A DNA stretch of 64,000 bases from Octopus vulgaris (lineage: Eukaryota), in contig OX597819.1 of assembly GCA_951406725.2 (NCBI GenBank), positions 2,852,001 through 2,916,000 on the forward strand, given 5' to 3'. Under the pieces are notes generated by a model that saw only the letters and a list, made by a program, of their open reading frames with translations, made no database searches and was not told the DNA's origin. Of the stretch, positions 53,499 through 63,945 are shown one piece after another; the first letter of the stretch is position 1, and each line of letters opens with the position of its first letter. A program made the translations under genes and the position numbers.

Positions 53499-54295
53499 GG
53501 GTGTTTTTTACGTGCCACCTGCACAGGTGCCAGACAGAGCTGGTGAACGGCCACGAACGGATGGTGCTTTTACGTGTCACCGGCTCGGGGCCAGGCGATG
53601 CTGGCAACGGACACAAACGGATGGTGCTTTTACGTGCCACCGACACGGGGCCAGACAGAGCTGGCAACCGGCCACGAACGGACGGTGCTTTTACGTGTCA
53701 CCGGCACGGGGGCCAGCCGAGGCTGGCAACGGATGCGAACGGATGGTGCTTTTACGTGCCACCGACACGGTTGCCAGACAGAGCTGGCAAACGGCCACGA
53801 GCGGACGGTGCTTTTACGTGTCACCGGCACGGGGGCCAGCCGAGGCTGGCAACGGACGCGAACAGATGGTGCTTTTACGTGCCACCGACACGGTTGCCAG
53901 ACAGAGCTGGCAACGGCCACGAGCGGACGGTGCTTTTACGTGTCACCGGCACGGGGGCCAGCCGAGGCTGGCAACGGACACGGACGGATGATGCTTTTAC
54001 GTGCCACCGACACGGGGCCAGACAGAGCTGGCAAATGGCCACGAACGGAAGGTGCTTTTACGTGCCACCGACACGGGGCCAGACAGAGCTGGCCAACGGC
54101 CACGAACGGACGGTGCTTTTACGTGTCACCGGCACGGGGCCAGGCGAGGCTGGCAACGAACACAAACGGATGGTGCTTTTACGTGCCACCGACACGGGGC
54201 CAGGCAGAGCTGGCAAACGGCCATGAGCGAATGGTGCTTTTACGTATCACCGGCACGGGTGCCAGACGAGGCTGACAGCGGACACGAACAGATGG
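53499..54295. repeat. GC-rich tandem array, about 13 units of about 61 bp, mostly alternating two variants
   Basis: ggtgcttttacgtg(t/c)caccg recurs every 60-62 bp. Confidence 0.93.
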
Positions 54296-54342
54296 GTCAC
54301 TTAACCCCTGCTTTCTGATATATGATTTGATTTTGATTGTTC

Positions 54343-55677
54343 TCACTGGTCTTTCCGGGTCTTCTCACGCACAGCATACTTCCATAGGTCTCGGTCTCTG
54401 GTCATTTCCTTGGTGAGACCTAGAGTTCGAAGGTCGTGCTTCACCACCTCGACCCAGGTTTTCCTGGGTCTACCTCTTCCACAGGTCCCCTCAACTGCCA
54501 GGGTGTGGCACTTTTTCACACACCTATCTTCATCCATTCTCACCACATGACCATACCAGCGCAATCGTCTCTCTTGCACACAACATCTGATTCCTCTTAG
54601 GTCCAACTTTTCTCTCAAGGTACTTACACTCTGTCGACTATGAACACTGACATTACACATCCAACGGAGCATACTAGCTTCATTTCTCGCGAGCTTACGC
54701 ATGTCCTCAGCAGTCACGGCCCATTTTTCACTGCCATGTAGCATGGCTGTTCGTACACATGCATCATACAGTCTGCCTTTTACTCTGAGCGAGAGGCCTT
54801 TAGTCACCAACAGAGGTAAGAGCTCCCTAAACTTTGCCCAGGCTATTCTTACTCTAGCCGTTACACTTTCAGAACACCCACCCCCACTACTGACTTGGTC
54901 ACCAAGATAACGGAAGCTATCAACCACTTCTAGTTTTTCCCCCTGGAAAGTGACGGAAGTTGTTTTCTGCAGATTTTCAGAGGTTAATGCTCCCGAGCAT
55001 CTGCCACATACAAAAACCATCTTCCTAGTTAGCCTTCCTATGACATTGCTGCACCTCTTATGTGTCCATAGCTTACACTTGGTGCATCTTATAGAGTTTC
55101 TACCTACACCTTTTCTACAGATCGAGCAGGGCCATCTACCTGAAGGCGTTTGTGATTTGTCTACCTTCCTACTTATTACGACTTTGGTTTTAGCTAGGTT
55201 GACTCTAAGGCCCTTCGATTCTAAACCATGCTTCCACACCTGAAACTTCTTCTCCAGTTCTGATAATGACTCAGCAATTAGAGCAAGGTCATCAGCATAG
55301 AGGAGCTCCCAGGGGCATCCTGTCTTGAATTCCTCCGTTATTGCCTGGAGGACTATGATAAATAGGAGGGGGCTGAGGACTGAGCCTTGGTGGACCCCTA
55401 CCTCTACCCGGAATTTTTCACTGTACTCATTTCCAACCCTCACCTTACTAGCAGCGTCCCTGTATATGGCTTGCACAGCTCTCACTAACCATTCTTCTAT
55501 TCCTAGTTTCCTCATTGACCACCATATGAGGGATCGGGGGACCCTGTCGAAGGCTTTCTCCATGTCAACAAAAGCCAGGTACATGGCCTTATCTTTGGCT
55601 AGGTATTTCTCCTGCAGCTGCCTTACCAGGAATATAGCATCAGTGGTACTTTTCCCTGGCACGAAACCAAACTGCAT
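54343..55677 (-). CDS. RTE LINE ORF2 reverse transcriptase (444 aa open segment) with inserted PHD finger
   Basis: QFGFVPGKST, FVDMEKAFDRV, GVHQGSVLSPLLF, YADD, FRYLG, RLRWYGHV; upstream part in ORF 55688-55960 after a frameshift. Confidence 0.9.
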   Translation of the reverse strand: MQFGFVPGKSTTDAIFLVRQLQEKYLAKDKAMYLAFVDMEKAFDRVPRSLIWWSMRKLGIEEWLVRAVQAIYRDAASKVRVGNEYSEKFRVEVGVHQGSVLSPLLFIIVLQAITEEFKTGCPWELLYADDLALIAESLSELEKKFQVWKHGLESKGLRVNLAKTKVVISRKVDKSQTPSGRWPCSICRKGVGRNSIRCTKCKLWTHKRCSNVIGRLTRKMVFVCGRCSGALTSENLQKTTSVTFQGEKLEVVDSFRYLGDQVSSGGGCSESVTARVRIAWAKFRELLPLLVTKGLSLRVKGRLYDACVRTAMLHGSEKWAVTAEDMRKLARNEASMLRWMCNVSVHSRQSVSTLREKLDLRGIRCCVQERRLRWYGHVVRMDEDRCVKKCHTLAVEGTCGRGRPRKTWVEVVKHDLRTLGLTKEMTRDRDLWKYAVREKTRKDQ

Positions 55678-56745
55678 CTCATCTAAACTAACTCTCTCTA
55701 ATTAGTTGGCTTATGACCCTCTCTGTAACCTTCATCACCTGATCCAACAGCTTGATACTTCTGTAATTATTTGTATCTAGGGCATCACCTTTACCTTTGT
55801 AGCAGTTGACTATTATGCTGCTACACCAGTCATTGGGTATGACTCCTTCATGTATCACCTGATTAACTATACAGGTGACTAGGCTATAGCCGACACTACC
55901 AGATATTTTGAGCATCTCTGCAGTGATACCTGATGGGCCTGGGGCTTTCCCTGTCTTCATGCTTCTAATTGCCTTAGCTACTAAGGAACTATCAACCCTG
56001 ATAGCTGGTCCCTCTGTTGGGTCAACGTTCGGCAGACTCTCTTTATCCCATTCATTTTATCGAAGACGGGGGCATATAGAAGACATAGGGAGAGGGACAG
56101 GGTTAGTTTGGGGAGGAGGGGGGGGGAAGAAATGGTCAAGGAACACATGTGCGGAAGCTGTGCGATGGGTTATTTGTGTGTATATATATATATGTATGTA
56201 TATATACATATATATTTGTATATATTTATATTTATATAAATATATATATATATTTGTATATATTTATATGTATGTGTGTATTTGTATATATATGTGTGTG
56301 TATATATTTGTATACACACACACACACACACATATACACTTGAAAGAAGGAAAAAAATGGTCTGCTAAAATGAATACATAAACACACAAATGCCATCCAA
56401 AGGTATATCTTATTTCCCCTCTCATGATATTATGCTCATAAGTGCAGATCTCCAATTTGCTGTTAATAATAAACAATCATTAACTTCCCGATCTCCATTT
56501 TCTTCCTCTTTTAAATTAATATAAACTATGTTTTTACATTCACCTATTATTTTAAGGAAATTCATTCCCCAAAAATACTAGGTATTGAGCCAGTATTTCC
56601 TTGGACGAACGATCCCTTCATGAGATTAACACAACCTCTAATTAACCTGAGCATCAAATTAATATACCTGCTTGTTGTTTATACACCTGACTTCATCTTT
56701 TGTTTTTCTGTAAATTTAACTATATGTATATATATATATATATAT

Positions 56746-58237
56746 ATATTATAATAAATGTGAAATTCTGTCCATCCGTCTGGAACTTCTTTATCTCAGT
56801 CTACCTTTTTGGAATCAGGATGATCCCGGGATTGAAAATCTGCCCTTCATTTGGTTCTTGAGCATCCAGCATTTGGGAGTAGGTCTGGATGAGGATTTGT
56901 TATGTGCTAACAGTTGAAAATTCAAATTTTAAAAGAACTCCAAAAATTTGTGAACTTACAAGTTTTTCATTAAACTGAATTTAAAGTACTACCAAAACTT
57001 TGTGAATTTAAAAAATATTTTCAATTCAGTTCATTTAAAACTAGATCCAAGTTAGAGTGAAATATTGAAGAACTTGAGCTTTTGACCCAAATAGGAGTTA
57101 GACTTGGATGCTGAAAGACTTGCAGCTCCGCTGTAGGATCTGATAAATGAAAGCATTCAGCAAGACAGTAATGGAGACATCACTTTTCCAAATGGCTGTG
57201 GTATTTTGGTCAAAACTGTAGAAGAGTTGATTACCAAGATTTACCCAACCGTTGGACATAATTTTCAATATCATAATTGGCTTTGTGAAAGAGCAATACT
57301 TGCATCAAAGAATGAAACTGTCCAGATTGTTAATTGGAAACTTATGCTCAGAAATCAATACTCAGAAAAAAATTTATTTCGCATCTGATTCATCATCGTT
57401 TAACGTCCGTTCTCCATGCTAGCATGGGTTGGACGGTTCGACCGGGGTCTGGGAAGCCAGGAGGCTGCACCAGGCTCCAGTCTGATCTGGCAGTGTTTCT
57501 ACAGCTGGATGCCTTTCCTAACGCCAACCACTCCGTGAGTGTAGTGGATGCTTTTTATGTGCCAGGGGAGGCTGGCAACGGCCACGATTGGTTGGTGCTT
57601 TTTATGTGCCACCGGCACGGAAGCCAGTCAAATGACTGTGAATTATCCTACTGAGCTTCTTAACTCTGTGGCTCCTCCTGGAATACCTTGTCACAAACTA
57701 ACATTGAAGAAAGGAGTTCCAATCATGCTTTTGGGAAATCTGGATCTTCCAAAGCTGTGTAATGGAACAAGACTGATTGTCAGGCAAATGCATTCATATC
57801 TTTTGGAAGCAACAATTCTCACAGGACAAGGAAAGGGAGACAATGTGTTTATTCCAAGAATTCCCCTGATTCCAGAAGACATGCTCTTTGAATTCAAGAG
57901 ACTTCCATTTCCAGTCAGAGTTAGTTTTGCAATGTCAATTGACAAGAGTCAAAGACAATCACTGAAAATTGTTGGACTTCACCTCATGCAGCTGTGCTTT
58001 TTCCATGGTCAGCTTTATGTTGGTTGTTCCAGAAATGGCAACAATCACTTCATGCACCAAATGGTAAAACCAAGAATGTTGTTTATCCTGTTGCTTTACA
58101 GGGATCTCCAAATGTGATACTCTGTGATAGAAATCTGAGATGGTAGGGCACCAATAAATGGTTTATTATTATTGCACTCTTTAGCTTTCCACAGGAACCA
58201 TCTCAAAAGTCCACATGGAGTGCAGCTTTTAGGCTAG
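56746..58237 (+). mobile_element. Helitron remnant with Pif1-helicase fragments, interrupted by an RTE tail (57388-57630)
   Basis: WLCERAILA (57206-57388); ORF 57548-58117 LCNGTRL...FIPRIPL...[25 protein letters not shown]; ends CTAG|T. Confidence 0.85.
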
Positions 58238-58371
58238 TATATGTGTGTGTGTGTGTTTGTGTGTGTATGTATATATGTATGTATATAAGCCATAAGATGA
58301 CGCCATCCCACTGGCTGGGCGTGCTGTGGCCAGCGGTGTCAAATGGACGCCTGACGGACTGGTCGGTCAAG

Positions 58372-58419
<48 letters not shown>

Positions 58420-58516
58420 AATAAGGGTAGAAATTGATATTAGTCAATTAAAACCAGTGGCCCAGCATATTAAAAAGAATCCGAAGATTAAAATATTTTT
58501 ACATACAAAATTTAAA

Positions 58517-58750
58517 GGACAGACACATTTTACCTACTCTGACTTCCGTGACTTTACTTTAATGTCTACATCTATAATTAGTTATTGAAAACTTGTTTCT
58601 GGGTATTAAAAATACTTGCTCCTTGCTTAAATAAATCTAGAACTGTAGCGTTTTTGTTTCTGGAGATATTTAAGCAATTATGTTATACTTGATTTAATCC
58701 TACATTTCAAGATATACCTGTAATTGTCTAATTTTCCTACCTGAAACAAA
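58517..58750 (+). repeat. 234-bp direct duplicate of 61127-61360
   Basis: Ungapped match with 5 substitutions counted by eye. Confidence 0.95.
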
Positions 58751-60680
58751 GTGGACAGTCAACATGCTAGATATAGACGTCAAATCGCTATTTTCACAAA
58801 CACTCAACACATTTAGTAGGAGGTAGATTTATTATTTAAAACAGTTTGATTCAGTCCACGTAAAATAAGTTTCGCGGGCTTCTATTTGAGGGCCGTGTAA
58901 CTAAGTTGCATGGAGCCGAATCAAACTGTTTTAAATTATGTATGCATGCGTACATGTATGTGCAAGTATGTGCACATGTATGTTTGTATATATGTAAGTG
59001 CTTGTATGTATTATTTAAAACAGTTCGATGTGTGTGTGTGTGTACAATGACCTATTGATTTCGTATATTCGCGTGTATAAAAATCGATGTGCACCACCAG
59101 CACCTTCACCACACACCGAAGTTAATATTCAAATTTTCAGAAAAACAATCATGTATTTAAACTACCCGAGAAGCGCCTACGATGACTTTGTTTGTTTATA
59201 TGTGGTGTAAATGTTCCTAATTTTAGAGAAATACAGAAAAGGAAGTTACGTTCAGTATAATAAGGTAAACAATGTAGCTAAAGAAGTCAATTTAAGTATT
59301 TCTTAGCAGCAAGGGCCAGTTTATTTACAAAAACAATTCTACAGACATCACTATAAATAAATTCATCGCATGCTTATTTGCATCTGTCCTTACTTGGCTG
59401 GAAGATGTTGTCATGGAGAGATAGATAGAGGTACTCAAAGTATCTTTACCAAATACAAATACTATTTGGATTGGGGATTTCTAAACGAGCTAAGTTATTA
59501 GAAATAGATGTGGCCTATCTGGATAAATAAAGAGAAGTGATGCAAATAATGTTGTAATTTACACTGTTAAGAATTACTAACGTACATAACAACCTTGCAT
59601 GATCTTACCTGTCCTCAGTACAAAAAAAAAAAGGTAATGTACACAAATGGTTTCGGTAAAGAGAAAATCGTGTGGGTGAAAGTATCAAGATTTACAATGG
59701 TTTTCTAGGTTAATTAAGCACATGACAAATCTATCGGAAATAAGCATGGATATCTTTTGAAAAGACAACATGCTCTCATGTACAATTTATTTAATATTTC
59801 ATGTAAGTGGCGGGCTGGGTTATTGTCAATGAGATCGAATGCAATTAATTACTGGCATCGTTGACGCTGAGGAGAATGGAACCTTGTCTGGTTAACAAAT
59901 TCAAAACTAAAAGTCTAAGCCGGTTTTTTTCTTCTTCTTTCTACCATTCACCACGCCCTTCGTAGTATGTTTATCTTTTATGCCTTTTTCTAAAAGTAAA
60001 AAAAAAAAAAGTCAGTAGATTTAATTTATTGACACCGTTATTTGTAACTAATCCAATAATATTTTATTTGGCAAAAGACCCACTTTGTTTAATCCTCAAA
60101 TCGGGTAGATCTATAATCAAAGATGTTCCAACCCCATTTATCAGGTCTTTTTGTATACATTTCCTGACGTGTCCTTCGTATTTAAAACAATGCAATATAC
60201 TTTGGTGAAGGGGTATTTGGCTACAGTTTCTAGCAGGTCGAGAGACCGTATAGGGGGGCGGGCTAGTTGACTGGAGCACCTTCCTGTAAATTGGGGTGAT
60301 ACAGTCAACTGAGTGATTTGCTGAACCTTACATTATCGATCACAAACATAGGCAAAGCCATTGACAATAAGACTCCAAACGATCGAGCTAAACAATAGTG
60401 TAGAAACTATATTTATATGTAGGCCTACATGTTGTTTCCACTTTTACTTTTCACCTTTGATTTCTATAGATTCTTAATCCCTTCTCAGCTATATATATAT
60501 ATATATGTGTGTGTGATATGATATGATATACGGTTGGGTAGGGTAGCATTCCTCAGAAAAAAAGTTAATCAAAATAACATAAAGCTATCTTCACACTCCA
60601 TGTAATCCATCCAATGGTATGAACTGATACAGAGTAAATAAAGATTATAACAAGAGGAAATTAAATGATTGAGTACTCGC

Positions 60681-60839
60681 CTCCTTTCCTTCGAATTCGA
60701 GTCCATCTGGTACGCGCTGACACTGGCTTTTCTCCTCACACGTACAATCCTGTTGGTTGTCGATACTATGACAGCATAATAGGATCGACAAAAGTAAAAT
60801 CACAGTCGGAATTATGTATTTACTGAAGGATTTAGTCAT
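60681..60839 (-). CDS. CTBS: CTBS-like GH18 gene, coding exon 1 (signal peptide and CTC...C motif)
   Basis: ATG at 60839; hydrophobic signal IIPTVILLLSILLCCHS; DCTCEEKSQC matches chitobiase DCPCPEPELC; ends GAG|gcgagt, giving KE|VFV with exon 2. Confidence 0.8.
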
Positions 60840-61014
60840 ATTGGTTGTTAATTAAAACACTTAAAACTCGCTATTTGCAAAAATTGTGATGTTATAAATG
60901 AATAATAGAAAGGCGATGTACGTCTGAACGTTTTTCTTTTTTCTTTTTTTTGTCCAAATGATAAAGAAAAAAACTTTTTACACACTTGCAGACACCGAGC
61001 TACATGAGTACTAA

Positions 61015-61110
61015 TTGCCTGCGCACAAAGAGATTGTGAGAGAGGCGGGGGGGGGGAGCACGAGTCTTAATAAAGTTATCGGAATAAGGCCATGGCTGTG
61101 ACGTCATATC
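61015..61110. promoter_or_regulatory. Putative proximal promoter of the CTBS-like gene
   Basis: Locally CpG-richer stretch 180-270 bp upstream of the ATG with TGCGCA (61020), GAGGCGGGG GC box (about 61042) and a perfect CRE TGACGTCA (61099-61106); motif presence only. Confidence 0.45.
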
Positions 61111-61126
61111 AGTTGACTAATGGCTG

Positions 61127-61360
61127 GGACAGACACATTTTACCTACTCTGACTTCCGTGACTTTACTTTAATGTCTACATCTATAATTAGTTATTGAAA
61201 ACTTGTTTCTCGGTATTAAAAATACTTGCTCATTGCTTAAATAAATCTAGAACTGTAGCGTTTTTGTTTTTGGAGATATTTAAGCAATTATGTTATACCT
61301 GATTTAATCCTACATTTCCAGATATACCTGTAATTGTCTAATTTTCCTACCTGAAACAAA
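61127..61360 (+). repeat. 234-bp direct duplicate of 58517-58750
   Basis: Same alignment as above. Confidence 0.95.
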
Positions 61361-62289
61361 ATGCGCTTTTCTTTTTTGTTATTGATTTTTAAATAAGCCA
61401 AACACTTTCATTTTTTTTTTATATATATATATATTTTTGACTGTTATTTTGTATCAGGTGTCAGCAGTAATGTGATTGGCTATTATATGTAAACATTTTA
61501 TAATTAACATCATAAAGATTATATCTATTATGAGCAAGCAATATCCATTCGATTATGAATCAACCGTCAGGGAACAAAAACGTAAAAATAAAAATATATA
61601 AACTGTAAACTCAATAAATATACATTCAATAATTATTTGTCAACAAATTCATAATGATAGACTTATTTATACAGGCATATAGGGGGATTTAAAAACTGAA
61701 TCTCAGCTAGTATACAGGTATCTGTTCCTCAAAGCTCTAGTCTTAGAATCACGAGTGAAGCAATTGCAAAGAATTTCTAAATAGATTTTCTAAAGGAATT
61801 TCTGACTGCCAATAATCACAATCAAAGGATTCTAGATTGAACACTTGGTTATGGGCAATCAGAAGTTCCTCTGGGAAATCTATTCTGAAATTCTTTATAA
61901 TTGTTTCACAAGTGATTCAGAGACAAGAGATGTAGAGAATACACGTGTGTGTGTGTGTATGTGTGTGTTCACGCGCGCGCACTCACACACACACAAATAT
62001 ATGTTGATAGTTATATTAGTATATTTAAGTTAACATTAAAAATCAAAGCATATTTAATGTTTAAGTGCCAGTCTCTTTAATGATTGATAATGGACTTGAG
62101 TTTAATTTTTCACTGAAAATATTGCAGGGAAAGGGAGGAAGGAGGATATGAAACTGGAGAAGTTGAAGCTGATATAAATATGCCAATAAATACAAAATTT
62201 AAGAACAAATGTGGAATTCCACATCTGAATAATTTCAATCTAAAGTCCCCATATATTCATATGTAAAATCAAATTGTGTCCCATTCCCG

Positions 62290-62394
62290 AAAAAGGCAAT
62301 TATCACCCTGTTGCACTCATTTCTAAATATTTCCATGGTAATGGAAACAGCCATTAACAATAATCTTCTGACACCTTATAAGACATTGTCAATG

Positions 62395-62428
<34 letters not shown>

Positions 62429-62640
62429 ACTCACTCACTCACTCACTCACTCCTCTTTGATTAATCTTAGAGCCAGATCCACTGGTAACCAAGACTCCTC
62501 TGTCACAACCACCACCACCCCAAGTGGGCTCTTGCCTTCGATGAATGCAGTGGAAGCAGTGTTACTCTCAACACCAACAAAGCTTTCATCCATGTCTATC
62601 ACACAAATCTCCAATCAGAACTTCCTGCCTATGGACTCTA
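62290..62640 (+). mobile_element. Highly decayed LINE RT remnant
   Basis: NYHPVALIS...VMETAIN and VTLN.NKAF resemble NYRPIALLS / LDISKAF. Confidence 0.4.
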
Positions 62641-62667
62641 CCTGTCTCACAGCTCTTACATATATAT

Positions 62668-63348
62668 AATTAAAAGAAAATGGAGCATTAATGGTTAATA
62701 ATTCATTTATTAACATATTGATAATCATTCCTACAATGTTTTAATTTATACTCAATTGATAAATTACAAATTTATGTAATAAATTTGCATTTTTAAATTC
62801 TGAGAAGAATATCATCAGGGAAATATTAGACGTTAAAGAATTACATTGTGAACAATTTATTCTTTCCAACAAAAAGTTTGTTAGAAAGAACAAATTGTTC
62901 ACTATATTTCCCTGATAATACTTTGCTCACAACTTAAACATGCAAATTTATTACATAAATTTGCATGTTTATTGAGTATTAATTGAAACAATTGTAAGAA
63001 TGATTATCAATATGTTAATAAATTAATTTCTCTCCTGTGTCCTTATATACATTTACGAAGAGGAGACAAACACCCCCAGGCCTGGCAGCTGGGGGTGTTT
63101 GTCTCCCCTTCGTAAATGTATATAAGTACACAGGAGAGAAATGTGTCAAAGCCATCAGGAGGCGTCGATGCTTCCTAGGGCTGAGCAGCGGTGGTGTAGC
63201 CCCCTACTGTCACGTTCACGTTAGATTGACAGTATACAACCATTCTATCGCCCCACCACCGTGCATGTCTCTATGAGAGATTTGGAAATTTAATATTTCT
63301 GAATAAATTAATTATTCACCATTAACTCGCAATTTTCTTCTATTAATT
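62668..63348. repeat. Nested foldback element: outer inverted arms enclosing two long hairpins
   Basis: Outer arms 62668-62711 / 63302-63348; hairpin A 62705-63023; hairpin B 63026-63142. Confidence 0.85.
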
Positions 63349-63376
63349 GAATATACATTATATGCTTAATATATTC

Positions 63377-63590
63377 TTTATTCTTTTACTTGTTTCAGTC
63401 ATTTTGACTGCAGCCATACTGGAGCACCGCCTTTAGTCGAGCAAACTGACCCCAGGAATTTATTCTTTGTAAGCCTAGTATTTATTCTATCGGTATCTTT
63501 TGCCGAACCACTAGGTTACAGGGACAAAAACATACCAGCATCAGTTGCCAAGCGATGTTGGGGGACACACACACACAAACATATACACAC

Positions 63591-63639
<49 letters not shown>

Positions 63640-63797
63640 ACTTCTTTCAGCTTTTGTTTACCAAATCCACTTACAATGCTTTGGTCGGCCGGAGGCTATA
63701 GAAGAAGACACTTGCCCAAGGTGCCACACAGTGGGACTGAACCTGGAACCATGTGACTGGTAAGCGAGCTACTTGCTACACAGTCACTCCTCTGCCT
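63377..63797 (-). mobile_element. Full-length tRNA-derived SINE
   Basis: Reverse complement of the 52302-52760 family. Confidence 0.85.
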
Positions 63798-63897
63798 ATT
63801 TATTTTAGGGAAATTTTTTTCCAATAATATAAGGTATAAAACCAGTGTTATCTTGGATGTAATCATCCCTTTAAGAGGTTAATATAACCTTACATTA

Positions 63898-63945
<48 letters not shown>

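Larger units (their letters stand above)
53198..56057 (-). mobile_element. 5'-truncated, relatively young RTE LINE with expanded 3'UTR array and duplicated (GAT)n 3' end
   Basis: RT ORF, then 61-bp array, then terminal segment ending ggacgctaaacgatgatgat (53329); a partial second terminus at 53198-53316. Confidence 0.9.

Noticed and set aside
53499-54295. Regularly spaced conserved motif resembling a CRISPR array; 202-241 aa ORFs in three frames
   Set aside because: The intervening sequences are near-identical repeats rather than unique spacers, there are no cas genes, and the context is a eukaryotic LINE 3'UTR. The ORFs are just stop-free repeat translations.
60675-60676. GT dinucleotide as the canonical donor for exon 1
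   Set aside because: It would end in phase 1 while exon 2 starts in phase 0, and the context (A|gtactc) is poor
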